From: Candidatus Latescibacterota bacterium
Lineage (GTDB): Bacteria; Latescibacterota; UBA2968; GCA-2709665
Length of the DNA stretch: 64,000 bases
Assembly (NCBI GenBank): GCA_965205485.1
Contig: OZ242180.1
Span: 3,840,001-3,904,000, forward strand
Direction of reading: 5' to 3'
In this document: positions 47,246-57,169 of the stretch, piece after piece
How the letters are laid out: each line of letters opens with the position of its first letter
How positions within the stretch are numbered: the stretch's first letter is position 1
Program-made: the position numbers and the translations under genes
Notes under the pieces: model-generated
Seen by the model: the letters and a program-made list of their open reading frames with translations, nothing else
Told to the model about the DNA's origin: nothing
Databases searched by the model: none

Positions 47246-48307
47246 ATGATAGTCGCGACACGGAATTCGTCTGAAGAGTCCAGGGACGCGGCCGATTTCG
47301 TAGGAGACGGCCACGGTGACCAGGAGGAAATCCACGCGGCGATTCGAGCGCTTCCGCCGGCGGGCGGCACGGTCGTCCTGAAGGAGGGCGTCTACGACAT
47401 CCGCAAGGAGGAGGGTACGCTCGGCGGGTTGATTATCGACCGGAGCAACGTGACGCTGGCGGGGCAGGGCGCCGCAACGCGGCTGGTTCTTGCGCCGGGG
47501 CAGAATACGAACGTGATCCGCATTATCGGGAACGGTGTGGGAAACATCACGATACGGGATCTCTGGGTGGACCAGAATCGGGATCAGAATCCGTACGACG
47601 GCGCCGAGTTCGGGAATATCTCCCACGGACGGTTCGAATACAACGGCATCAAGGCATTCTGCGCGGAGCCCGGCGGGTCCTGTCCGAAGCCAACGCACAA
47701 CGTAACCATAAGGAATTGTACGGTTCTGAATTCCCAGCGACTGGGCATTATGCTGCAGGGCCCCAATATGAGGGTCATCAACAACCGCCTGGGCAACGCG
47801 AATTCAGATGCGGTGGAACTGCTGGGAGGGCCGGGATTCGTGACGGGCAATTTCGTCGAGATTACCGGCCGTACCCACGTCGCCGTGGGATCGGATGCCG
47901 GAGACTCGATCATTATGGCGAACAACCAGGTATTCGTGCGGGATGAAGGCGACCTGGACATCGCCTTCCGGTCCTGGGCCGATTCCGTGGGCCATGTGAT
48001 TTCCGGCAATATAGTGACGGTTGACGCCGGGGGGCGTCTGGCGCTGGCCATGGACGTGCGTGGCTTCAACACGTCCGTTTCGGGAAACGTGATCCGGGGG
48101 CCTGGCCCGACACAGCGTTTGCCTCTCTGGCTCACTGGCGCTGGCATGTCGGTTACCGGAAATCACTTCCGCAACGTCGACCTGATCGTCAACGACCGGA
48201 CCGGTACGAACCGGCCGATTCTCATCCATGGGAACGCAATGGAGGAATCGGAGGTCGTGCGGGAGACCGGCAACCTGGTTCGTCCGGACGGAGAATCGAC
48301 TCAATGA
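47246..48307 (+). CDS. Right-handed parallel beta-helix (pectin-lyase-like) protein with no signal peptide
   Basis: GDGHGDQEEIHAAIRAL..GGTVVLKEGVY, SNVTLAGQG, repeated (I/V)xxN(x)(V/I) rungs. Confidence 0.75.
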   Translation: MIVATRNSSEESRDAADFVGDGHGDQEEIHAAIRALPPAGGTVVLKEGVYDIRKEEGTLGGLIIDRSNVTLAGQGAATRLVLAPGQNTNVIRIIGNGVGNITIRDLWVDQNRDQNPYDGAEFGNISHGRFEYNGIKAFCAEPGGSCPKPTHNVTIRNCTVLNSQRLGIMLQGPNMRVINNRLGNANSDAVELLGGPGFVTGNFVEITGRTHVAVGSDAGDSIIMANNQVFVRDEGDLDIAFRSWADSVGHVISGNIVTVDAGGRLALAMDVRGFNTSVSGNVIRGPGPTQRLPLWLTGAGMSVTGNHFRNVDLIVNDRTGTNRPILIHGNAMEESEVVRETGNLVRPDGESTQ

Positions 48308-48948
48308 ATCCGGAAATCCCAAAACGGGCTCTTTTCAATTTTGCGTGGCAGTGTCCGTATCGCAGTGTGCCGCCGGACATCGACGGAGACCTTCAGGATT
48401 GGGACGGAAGATTCCGGTTGCCGGACCTTATGGTATTGGACGGTCGAGAGGCCTTTGCAGACGTGTACGCCGCATGGAGCGAGCGGGGTCTCTATTTCGC
48501 CGTTAACGTCAAGAAAGCGGCTGGCGCCAACGTGGACCGCCGGCGGCCGCTACAGGGCGATGGCATGCAGATCTGGCTGGATACGCGGAATGTCCGGAAC
48601 GTACACCGTGCGAGCCGGTTTTGCCACCATTTCTATTTCCTGCCCGCCGTTGGACGGGCGAAGCCGAGGGGCGGACAGACGCGGATCCGTCGGGCGCGCG
48701 CGCAATCACGCATGTGCGAGTCCTCCGAGTTGCCGGTCGCCTGCGACACATCCGGAACCGGGTATCGGCTGGAGGTCCATCTGGCGGCGAAGACGCTGAC
48801 GGGGTTCGATCCCGATGAAAACCGTCTTTTGGGATTTACCTATCTGCTTCAGGATCGGAGGCAGGGCCGTCAGTGGTGGACCGCCGACGAGCCGCTTCCC
48901 GTTTCGTACGACCCAAGCCTGTGGGGCACAATCGAACTTGTGAAGTGA
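48304..48948 (+). CDS. CBM9/DOMON-like sugar-binding domain protein
   Basis: PDIDGDLQDW, VYAAWSERGLYFAVNV, GDGMQIWLD, GYRLEVHL, PSLWGTIEL. ATGA overlap with the upstream gene. Confidence 0.65.
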   Translation: MNPEIPKRALFNFAWQCPYRSVPPDIDGDLQDWDGRFRLPDLMVLDGREAFADVYAAWSERGLYFAVNVKKAAGANVDRRRPLQGDGMQIWLDTRNVRNVHRASRFCHHFYFLPAVGRAKPRGGQTRIRRARAQSRMCESSELPVACDTSGTGYRLEVHLAAKTLTGFDPDENRLLGFTYLLQDRRQGRQWWTADEPLPVSYDPSLWGTIELVK

Positions 48949-49119
48949 TTCCGCGCGTGTGAACTCTGATGCGCCGGCGCCGTCTCGAAAGTCGACGTTC
49001 GAACGAACGGCGTCGACTGTCGATTCGCGGCATTGAGGTCTGCGGTATCCGGATGCTCTCGGCAATGGTGGCAACCGGTAAACGTACCACGGGATTCAAT
49101 GCACGAGGGCGTGAATTCC

Positions 49120-51348
49120 ATGAATTCGCGGCGAGATGCACAGAACGAAGAAATCGACGATCGCGTCCGCGCGGTGTTGAACCACGGCGAAACACCCTTG
49201 CTGCAGGCGCGCTCGGACATGGACGTCCGGGGCGACTACGGCAGCCAGTGGGTGGTGGTGACAAGGGAACGGGTCCTCGTGTTCCGCGAGGACAGTATGC
49301 GGGACCTGGTCGATATTCCGCTCCAGGACGTGTTGTTCGCCCGCACGGAACCGCTGGTGGGCGCCGCGCAGCTGGTGATCGAACGCAGGGCCCTGCCGAC
49401 TGTGCGCGTGCTTCATTCCCAGACGCAGGCCGGCGATTTTTCAGAGCTGGCCCGCCGGGTCGAACGGCTTCGGACTTCACAGCCGCTGTTGGCGGAGATG
49501 GTCCCGGAGCGGACGCGGTGCGAGTCCTGCGGCCGGCTTCTGCCCGAGAAGAACGGGATCTGTCCCGCGTGCCTCAGGAAGATGGATGTGCTGGCTCGAA
49601 TCGCAAGATACCTGAGGCCCTACAGGTCGCGGGCTGCGCTGCTCGCGCTGGCAACCATTCTGACAACCTGCGCCGAGTTGATTCCTCCTCAGATAACCCG
49701 GCTGATCGTCGACGACGTTCTGGCGCCCCGCCAGACATCCGCCGTTGACGAAAGGCTGGGACTCCTGATTCAACTGGTACTTGCCCTTGTGGGGGTGCGA
49801 TTGGTTACCTGGTCGGCTGAATGGCTTCACGGGTGGACGGCGACCTGGCTGAGCGCGAGGGTGACGGCGGATATTCGAAGCCAGCTGTATCGACGCCTCG
49901 AAATGCTGTCGCTTCAGTTTTACGACAAGCGTCAAGTCGGCGCTCTGATGTCGCGCGTTACGAGGGATACAGAGAGATTGCAGCACTTCCTGGTCGACGG
50001 ATTGCCCTATCTCATCACAAACAGCCTGATGTTTCTGGGCATTATGGCCGCCCTGCTGCTGATGAACTGGCGCCTTACGCTCCTTGTGCTGGTTCCCATG
50101 CCGCTTGTCGTGGCCGGAACAGCCGTCTGCTGGAAGCGGATGCGCACCAATTATGCCAGGTGGCACAGATGCTGGTCGGCATTGATCGCACGCGTGAACG
50201 AAGCCATTGCAGGCATTCGGATCGTGAAGGCTTTTACCCAGGAGAAACGCGAGATCGAAGTATTCGAGCGGCGCAACCGTGATCTCACGTTGAGGGCCGT
50301 ACGGGCGGAAACAAGCTGGGCGGTCTTCTGGACGACAACGAATTTTCTGAGTGGCCTTGGCGTGCTGATCGTCTGGTTTTTCGGGGGACAGAAGGTGCTG
50401 GGCGGGGAGATGACGCTGGGCACGCTGATGGCGTTCTACAACTATATGTGGCTCCTTTACGGCCCCCTGCAGTGGTTCGGCATGGTGAGCAACTGGATGT
50501 CACGCGCGCTGACCGGGGCCGAGCGCATCTTCGAAGTCATCGACACGCCGCCCGAAGCGTACGACGACCCCGGCGCTACCGGCTTGCCTGCAATGGAAGG
50601 TCGAGTTCGGTTCAGGGACGTGACGTTTGGCTACGACAAATCCAACCCCGTGCTGCGGGAAATCGACCTCGATGTCGAGCCGGGAGAGATGATCGGTCTT
50701 GTGGGCAAGTCGGGTGTCGGCAAGACGACGCTCGTCAACCTGATATGCAGATTCTACGACGTGGACGCCGGAGGAATCGAGATCGACGGCATGGATTTAC
50801 GGACTATCCGGCTGGAGGACTTGCGCGCTCAGATCGGCATCGTCCTTCAGGAACCGGTTTTGTTCAGCGGTACCATTGCGGAGAATATCGGGTACGGCAG
50901 ACCGGGCGCCGGTCTCGATGAGATCATGGAAGCGGCGAAGGCGGCCAATGCGCACGGCTTTATCGTATCCAGGCCCGATGGGTATGATTCCGACGTGGGC
51001 GAGCGCGGCGGGAATCTGTCGGGAGGCGAAAAACAGCGAGTTTCGCTTGCGCGGGCAATCCTCCACGATCCGAGGATTCTGATTCTGGACGAAGCGACGT
51101 CCAGCGTCGACGTTCAGACGGAGGTCCAGATTCAGGAGGCGGTTTCTCGCCTGGTCCGCGGTCGGACGACGTTCGCGATCGCGCACAGACTGTCCACGCT
51201 CAGGAACGCGGACCGGCTGGTCGTCCTGGATGCAGGGAGGATCGTTGAGGCCGGAACCCACGGTGAGTTGTTGTCGAAGGAGGGCGTATTCTACAATCTG
51301 GTGCGCATGCAGCAGGAAGTTTCAGAGATTATCGCCGTAAGGGCGTAG
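49120..51348 (+). CDS. Fused TMD-NBD ABC transporter with N-terminal domain and zinc ribbon
   Basis: CESC..CPAC, GKSGVGKT, LSGGEKQR, ILDEATSS, AHRLST. Start is 49099 or 49120. Confidence 0.9.
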   Translation: MNSRRDAQNEEIDDRVRAVLNHGETPLLQARSDMDVRGDYGSQWVVVTRERVLVFREDSMRDLVDIPLQDVLFARTEPLVGAAQLVIERRALPTVRVLHSQTQAGDFSELARRVERLRTSQPLLAEMVPERTRCESCGRLLPEKNGICPACLRKMDVLARIARYLRPYRSRAALLALATILTTCAELIPPQITRLIVDDVLAPRQTSAVDERLGLLIQLVLALVGVRLVTWSAEWLHGWTATWLSARVTADIRSQLYRRLEMLSLQFYDKRQVGALMSRVTRDTERLQHFLVDGLPYLITNSLMFLGIMAALLLMNWRLTLLVLVPMPLVVAGTAVCWKRMRTNYARWHRCWSALIARVNEAIAGIRIVKAFTQEKREIEVFERRNRDLTLRAVRAETSWAVFWTTTNFLSGLGVLIVWFFGGQKVLGGEMTLGTLMAFYNYMWLLYGPLQWFGMVSNWMSRALTGAERIFEVIDTPPEAYDDPGATGLPAMEGRVRFRDVTFGYDKSNPVLREIDLDVEPGEMIGLVGKSGVGKTTLVNLICRFYDVDAGGIEIDGMDLRTIRLEDLRAQIGIVLQEPVLFSGTIAENIGYGRPGAGLDEIMEAAKAANAHGFIVSRPDGYDSDVGERGGNLSGGEKQRVSLARAILHDPRILILDEATSSVDVQTEVQIQEAVSRLVRGRTTFAIAHRLSTLRNADRLVVLDAGRIVEAGTHGELLSKEGVFYNLVRMQQEVSEIIAVRA

Positions 51349-51372
51349 TCGGGCCCGGACGGTCCCGGCGGC

Positions 51373-53628
51373 ATGGCTGAATTGGAAACCATCATGAATG
51401 CGTTCAAGGAGACCCTGCCGGCATCCGTGTCGGAGGCACTGGGTAGAGAAGGCCTGGACGATGATCCCGCGCTTCTGCAGGTCGCGACGGATCTGCTGCC
51501 GAACCGGCGGTTCGGCCGGCAGTGGGTGGTCGTTACACAGAAGCGGTTGATCGTCGTTCGCCACGATGGTGAAAGCAATATCGTGGTGGTGCCAATGGAT
51601 GAGATGGCGGGTGTGCGGACGGAAGAGGCGGTTGGCGGGGGCTGCCTGGCGGTGGACCGGCAAGGAGAAGGGCCGCTTCTGGTACCCTATACACAATCTC
51701 TGATACCCAAATTCGCGGAGGTGGCTGAAGGCATCCGGCAGTTGTCGGAGGGCGGGGATCTGTCTTTGCCGGAGGAAGTCGAGCGGGCACGCTGTGACGC
51801 GTGCGGCCGGTTGCTGCCTGAAAAGAACGGAATCTGTGCGGCGTGTATCAGGAAATGGCATACGTTGCGCAGGCTTCTGCGATATCTCACCGCGCAGCCG
51901 TGGCGGCTGGCATCAGTCGTAATGCTGACCCTTGTCTCGACCGCTCTGGAACTGCTGCCGCCCAGGATTACGCAGCATATCATCGACGACGTGCTTGCCC
52001 CGCGCACCAATATCGATCTGCTGGTCTGGCTCGTGTTCGGTCTTCTGGGTGTGCGATTGCTGTTCTGCGCGGCTGCGGTGACGATGGAATGGCTTTCCCT
52101 GCGTCTGGGACATCGGGGCGTGCAGGACATACGGTCGGACCTCTACCGGAAGTTGCAGTTCCTTCCGCTGCGGTTTTACGATCGCCGAACCGCGGGCAGC
52201 CTCATCTCGAGGATGTCGAACGACTCTGACAGGCTGGAGGGGTTTCTGGCGTCAGACCTGCCGCTGGTCGTATCGAAAGTACTGCTCTTCGTAGGAATTC
52301 TGGGCATGTTGCTGGAGACAAACTGGAGGCTTGCGCTCCTTGTACTGTTGCCCATTCCACCGATTGTGCTGGGCGGAAGTCGCATCTGGAAGCGGGTGAT
52401 GCGCCACTGGATCCGCTGGGGCGCGAGATGGTCGCGTCTTTCGTCGCACCTGAGCGAATCAATCGGCGGCATCCGGGTCGTAAAGGCATTCGCACAGGAA
52501 TCCCGCGAAAGCGAAAGATTTGACAGACGTAACGAGGATCTGCGCGAGGTGACCGTCGCCGGCGAGCGGACCTGGTTTGTGTTCTTTTCGGTGACGAATT
52601 TCCTGATGAGCTGGGGCGTGTTTCTGGTCTGGTATTTCGGAGGCCGTCAGATTCTCGGCGGGGAAATGACGCTGGGCGCCCTGGTCGCCTTCATCAGCTA
52701 TCTGTGGATGTTGTACGAACCACTGCGGTGGTTTGGCGAACTCTACAATGTCCTGCTGCGGGCGTTCGCCGGCGCGGAACGCATTTTCGAGGTCACGGAT
52801 TCAAGACCGGAAACCTGCGACGGTACGGATGCGGTTCCACTGCCGCGGATGGAAGGGCGGGTAGTGTTCCGGGACGTGTTCTTCGGGTACGACCGCGGAA
52901 AGCCCGTTCTGAAGGGGATAGATCTTGTCGTGAATCCGGGAGAAATGGTCGGGCTCGTGGGGAAGTCCGGCGCCGGAAAATCCACGCTGATCAACCTGAT
53001 CTGCCGATTCTACGATCCGGACAGGGGACGCATTGAAATCGACGGCACGGACATGCGGGACGTACGCCTGGAAGATCTGAGGTCCCGGATCGGTATGGTT
53101 CAGCAGGAGCCCTTCCTCTTCGACGGGACGATTGCCGAGAATATCGCGTACGGCAAGCCGAATGCGACGTTCGGTGAAGTCATTCGGGCGGCCGCCGCAG
53201 CGGAGGCCCACGAATTCATCGTACAAAAGCCGGACGGATACGATATGAAGGTGGGAGAAGAGGGCGGGAATCTGTCGGGCGGCGAAAAGCAGCGTATATC
53301 AATCGCGCGCGCGATTCTGCACGATCCCCGGATTCTGATTCTGGATGAGGCGACGTCGTCGCTGGACACGCGGACGGAGTGGAAGATCCAGAAGGCGATC
53401 TCGCATCTTGTTAGGGGACGCACGACCTTTGCGATTGCGCACAGGCTTTCCACGCTGCGCAGCGCCGACAGGCTGGTCGTGCTGGATGACGGCAAGGTGG
53501 CCGAAGTAGGCACCCACCATGAATTGATGTCGCGTAAGGGTATTTTCTACCGCCTCGTGAAGAGCCAGCAGGAGACATCGGCGGTGATGGCCGTCGGGGG
53601 CGGCAAGGACGCGGCAGGTAGGGCTTGA
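51373..53628 (+). CDS. Fused TMD-NBD ABC transporter with N-terminal domain and zinc ribbon (tandem paralog)
   Basis: CDAC..CAAC, GKSGAGKS, LSGGEKQR, ILDEATSS, AHRLST. Confidence 0.9.
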   Translation: MAELETIMNAFKETLPASVSEALGREGLDDDPALLQVATDLLPNRRFGRQWVVVTQKRLIVVRHDGESNIVVVPMDEMAGVRTEEAVGGGCLAVDRQGEGPLLVPYTQSLIPKFAEVAEGIRQLSEGGDLSLPEEVERARCDACGRLLPEKNGICAACIRKWHTLRRLLRYLTAQPWRLASVVMLTLVSTALELLPPRITQHIIDDVLAPRTNIDLLVWLVFGLLGVRLLFCAAAVTMEWLSLRLGHRGVQDIRSDLYRKLQFLPLRFYDRRTAGSLISRMSNDSDRLEGFLASDLPLVVSKVLLFVGILGMLLETNWRLALLVLLPIPPIVLGGSRIWKRVMRHWIRWGARWSRLSSHLSESIGGIRVVKAFAQESRESERFDRRNEDLREVTVAGERTWFVFFSVTNFLMSWGVFLVWYFGGRQILGGEMTLGALVAFISYLWMLYEPLRWFGELYNVLLRAFAGAERIFEVTDSRPETCDGTDAVPLPRMEGRVVFRDVFFGYDRGKPVLKGIDLVVNPGEMVGLVGKSGAGKSTLINLICRFYDPDRGRIEIDGTDMRDVRLEDLRSRIGMVQQEPFLFDGTIAENIAYGKPNATFGEVIRAAAAAEAHEFIVQKPDGYDMKVGEEGGNLSGGEKQRISIARAILHDPRILILDEATSSLDTRTEWKIQKAISHLVRGRTTFAIAHRLSTLRSADRLVVLDDGKVAEVGTHHELMSRKGIFYRLVKSQQETSAVMAVGGGKDAAGRA

Positions 53629-53643
53629 GGACCCGCGAAACCG

Positions 53644-54180
53644 ATGGATACGGATTATAGAGACGGATGGAAGCCCACGCCGATCGACGTGACCCATCCG
53701 CAGAATGTGGATACCGGCAGGATCGGGCTCTTCCGGGAGCCGGCCTGGCACCTGCGCATGACCATCGAAGGCGATCGCTCGTACCTGAGGGTGAAGATCG
53801 TCCGCGCCGTCCCCCTATCGGATCCGGACCGGTACATCTGCTTCCTCGACGCGAACGACGAGGTGATATGCATGGTGGATGATGTAACCACGCTTTCCGT
53901 GGAGAGTCAGGCCATCATCCGGGAGGAACTCGACCTGCGGTATATGACCTCGCGAATCGAACGGGTCCACTCGATTCGCAGTGAATACGGCGTCTCGTAC
54001 TGGGAGGTTACAACGGACCGGGGCCCGCGTGAATTTGTCGTAAAGAACGTGGGTGAAGACGCCCGGTGGCTGGAGGAAAAGCGCGTGTTGATTCTGGACG
54101 TGGACGGCAACAGGTTCGAGGTGGCGGACCTCGGCGCGCTGGACAAGAGGAGTCGAGGGCTCGTTGAGATGGTCCTGTAA
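53644..54180 (+). CDS. DUF1854-domain protein
   Basis: RAVPLS, WEVTTDRG, DVDGNRFEV. Alignable by eye with 22694-23200. Confidence 0.8.
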   Translation: MDTDYRDGWKPTPIDVTHPQNVDTGRIGLFREPAWHLRMTIEGDRSYLRVKIVRAVPLSDPDRYICFLDANDEVICMVDDVTTLSVESQAIIREELDLRYMTSRIERVHSIRSEYGVSYWEVTTDRGPREFVVKNVGEDARWLEEKRVLILDVDGNRFEVADLGALDKRSRGLVEMVL

Positions 54181-54292
54181 CGAAACCGGTTCAGCCGCAT
54201 CGCTCGCGGGCGCTGGAAGACAGTCTTGTCATCGACGTCTTCGCGCCACTGCGGCCGGGATTTGTGGCAGAAGCGAAAAGGGCGACGTCGGA

Positions 54293-55279
54293 CTAAACCT
54301 CCCACATCCGTTTGTATTTGGCTTCGTCTTCCAGCGTGATGGAATGGTCGTAAACCTGTTGCAGCAAACCCAGCGCTTCAAGGGCGTGGTCGGCGCCGCA
54401 TGCCGGCTGTCTGTCATTACGAATCGACTCGATGAATTCGGTATTCTGGACCAGGACGTCGTCGTCCAGGGTATCTTCACTCTGGAAGAGGGTCTTGCCG
54501 TTCAGCGAGACCTGGTTGCCCGAAACGACGAGCGTGCCCGCGTCGCACAGGTAGATATTGTTGCTGACGCCCGTTCGGGCATTGTAGGAAAGGCTGAGCG
54601 CCGCGATGGTCTCCGTGGTATAACGGAGCAGCATGCTGACGTCGAGCGAAGTGCCGGTTCCGGCGTCGAGCGGGCTGAGTTCACCGCGAATCCGGCGAAC
54701 GGGTCTGTCGATGGTCCAGAGAGAGTAGTCGAGTACATGACAACCGTGGTGGAACAGGACATCGTCCGTCCAGCTCCGCCTGTAACCTGTCCAACCCACG
54801 TTGTCGCGGCGTAACTGAAATTCGTGTGTATGGTGCTGGTACACCTGGCCTGCGTTGCCGTTTGCGATAAAATCCCTCACAAAACGTCCCGTGCGATTGA
54901 AGCGGCGGGTATGGGCGACCAGCAGCTTGTTTCCGGACTTCCTCGCGAGGCCGGCGATCTCGGCGGCGCCTTTGTGTGACAGCGCCACGGGGATTTCAAC
55001 CAGGACGTTTTTGCCGGCCTCCAGCGCCAGACGGGTCTGTTCGTAATGCGCCTCGCTGGGCGAGGCGATGACGACCGCGTCGATATCGGGGTCGGCCAGG
55101 ACTTCCTCGTAGCTGGTTGTGGCGTTCTCAAAGCCCCACGCTTCCCGGAATGACTCGGCGGGCTCTGCTCTTCGCCCGATGACGGTTCGAAGTCGAACCC
55201 CGGGAATTCGGAGAAGTGCCCGTGTGTGGAAGAGCGCGATGCCGCCGTACCCCACGATGGCGCAGCTGATGGTGTGCAT
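54293..55279 (-). CDS. Gfo/Idh/MocA family oxidoreductase
   Basis: AIVGYGGIA, DAVVIASP, VLVEIP, AHTRRF, HHGCHVLD. Confidence 0.9.
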   Translation of the reverse strand: MHTISCAIVGYGGIALFHTRALLRIPGVRLRTVIGRRAEPAESFREAWGFENATTSYEEVLADPDIDAVVIASPSEAHYEQTRLALEAGKNVLVEIPVALSHKGAAEIAGLARKSGNKLLVAHTRRFNRTGRFVRDFIANGNAGQVYQHHTHEFQLRRDNVGWTGYRRSWTDDVLFHHGCHVLDYSLWTIDRPVRRIRGELSPLDAGTGTSLDVSMLLRYTTETIAALSLSYNARTGVSNNIYLCDAGTLVVSGNQVSLNGKTLFQSEDTLDDDVLVQNTEFIESIRNDRQPACGADHALEALGLLQQVYDHSITLEDEAKYKRMWEV

Positions 55280-55382
55280 GGAGACTCCCTTTAAAACAGC
55301 ACATTGAATTCGGTATTTTCAGAGAACCACGCCAGGTGGGCGACCTGCCGGCTTGAGTCACGCAGCTTGACTCGGGGACAGA

Positions 55383-56921
55383 TTACCGGTCCGCTTTCCG
55401 GATATCTCCCAATCTCTCGTGCAGGGTTTGAAGCGCGGGGTAGATTCCGCGGTAGACGGTCTGAAATCCGGTCTCGTAGATCTCAACCTGTTCGGCATTC
55501 GGCTCCATCGTCCAGCTCTCGTAGGTCAATTCGTTCAGCGCGGAGTCGATGTCTTCGTAAACGCCCGCGCCAAGGCCGCCCAGTACCGCGGCGCCGAGGG
55601 CGACGGATTCCTCCACCTCTGCAATCGAGATACTCTGGTTGAATACCGAGCTCTTGATCTGCATCAGAAGCCGGTTTCGGGTGTTCCCGCCGATGGCGAC
55701 GATTCGTTTCGGTCTGTCGATTTCGGGGTGCGACACGATGGCTTCGAGGCAGAGACGGCACTCGTAGGCCAAACCCTCCAGCACGGACCGAAACAGGGTC
55801 CCGCGGGTGACGTCGGCATTGAGACCGATAAACGCGGCCCTCGATTCCGGGTCGTTGTTCGGAGGATTGCCAAGCCGCAGGTGAGGCTGGAAGTGGACGC
55901 CCAGGCTTCCGGGAGGGGCTGTTTCCGCTTCGGAGACAAGGGCGCCGTATTCGACGTTACCTGCGAGAAGGTTTCGGGTCCATTCAACGCACGCCCCGGA
56001 TGTGTAGATGCTGCCCAGAATATAGTACCGATCCCTGGCGACGTGGGCGCCCGTGGTATACCCCTGTCGCGCGAACGCATCGCTGAGCCACGCGCGACGG
56101 TCCGCTATACAGACGGCTTCCGCTGTGCCGAGGGAATTCAACAACGTACCCGGTTCGGTGGCGCCTACGGCAAGCGCCCCGCATATGTGATCGTGTCCGC
56201 CGGTTGTCACCTGCACGCGGGACGGAAGGCCGGCCGCCCGCGCAACGTCGGGCAGGATTCGGCCAAGCAGCGTGCCGGAGGGCAACGCCTCCGCAAAGAG
56301 CCCGGGTGATACCCCCGTTTCATCCAGCAGGCCGGAATGCCAGGCCCGACGGTGAAGGTCAAAGACGAGCATGCGTGAAGCGAGAGAATAGTCCGTCGCC
56401 TTCTCGCCGCACAGGCGGAACGCGATATAGTCTGCGACGTTCAGCCACGAGACCGTTCTCGCGTAAGCTTCCGGCTTGTTTTCTTTCAGCCAGAGGACCT
56501 TGCAAAGACCGAAAATGGGCTTCAGCGACAGCCCGGTAATCGCGTAGATCCGCTCTTCGCCGACGGTCTTGTTCAGCCACGCGGCCTGGCTTGACGTCCT
56601 CCCGTCGAACCAGGCGATGATGCCGGCGGTGGGGCGGTCTTCCGCGTCAAGAGGGACGCCCGACTCGGCCATACTTGAAACGGCGATGCTTGAAACCGTG
56701 TCTGCCGCGTTCAGTTGCGAAACCGCGTCCCGCAACACGGTCAGCGTGCATCTCCACAATTCATCCGGTGTATGATACGCCCAACCGGGTCGGGGGTAGC
56801 GGGTTGGCGTCGGCACGCTTGAGGCGGCCTGAACGCGGCCGGCGGTATCGAACACAAGCGCCTTGATATTCGTGGTGCCGACGTCGATTCCGGCTAATAA
56901 GGGAGGTTGGGACATGACCAT
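55383..56921 (-). CDS. FGGY-family carbohydrate kinase
   Basis: GIDVGTTNIKA, IAWFDGRT, GGHDH, SLGTAE, AIGGNTRN, ALGAAVLGG. Confidence 0.92.
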   Translation of the reverse strand: MVMSQPPLLAGIDVGTTNIKALVFDTAGRVQAASSVPTPTRYPRPGWAYHTPDELWRCTLTVLRDAVSQLNAADTVSSIAVSSMAESGVPLDAEDRPTAGIIAWFDGRTSSQAAWLNKTVGEERIYAITGLSLKPIFGLCKVLWLKENKPEAYARTVSWLNVADYIAFRLCGEKATDYSLASRMLVFDLHRRAWHSGLLDETGVSPGLFAEALPSGTLLGRILPDVARAAGLPSRVQVTTGGHDHICGALAVGATEPGTLLNSLGTAEAVCIADRRAWLSDAFARQGYTTGAHVARDRYYILGSIYTSGACVEWTRNLLAGNVEYGALVSEAETAPPGSLGVHFQPHLRLGNPPNNDPESRAAFIGLNADVTRGTLFRSVLEGLAYECRLCLEAIVSHPEIDRPKRIVAIGGNTRNRLLMQIKSSVFNQSISIAEVEESVALGAAVLGGLGAGVYEDIDSALNELTYESWTMEPNAEQVEIYETGFQTVYRGIYPALQTLHERLGDIRKADR

Positions 56922-57169
56922 GAGTTGCGCGGCGGTGGACCGTTGGTCTTTATATCACCGGTCGGCGGAGTCTGGGCCGCCATGACTGCGGCCTGGAAAT
57001 TCACGTTGACAGACGGCCCAATGGTACCTACTAATACACGAAAGTCAAGTCGAATCAATAACATCGGGGTGCTCTGGCGCGACAGAAGCCGTTTCGTCCG
57101 CAGGTCTGGCGGACGGTCCGGCGTCTGCGGGTGACCGGTCAAAGCGATTCATCAGGATTGAGGAAAGCA

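Noticed and set aside
49120..53628. Peptidase-containing bacteriocin/RiPP exporters
   Set aside because: The N-domains lack the C39 QxxxxDCG motif, and no precursor peptide or modifying enzymes are visible.
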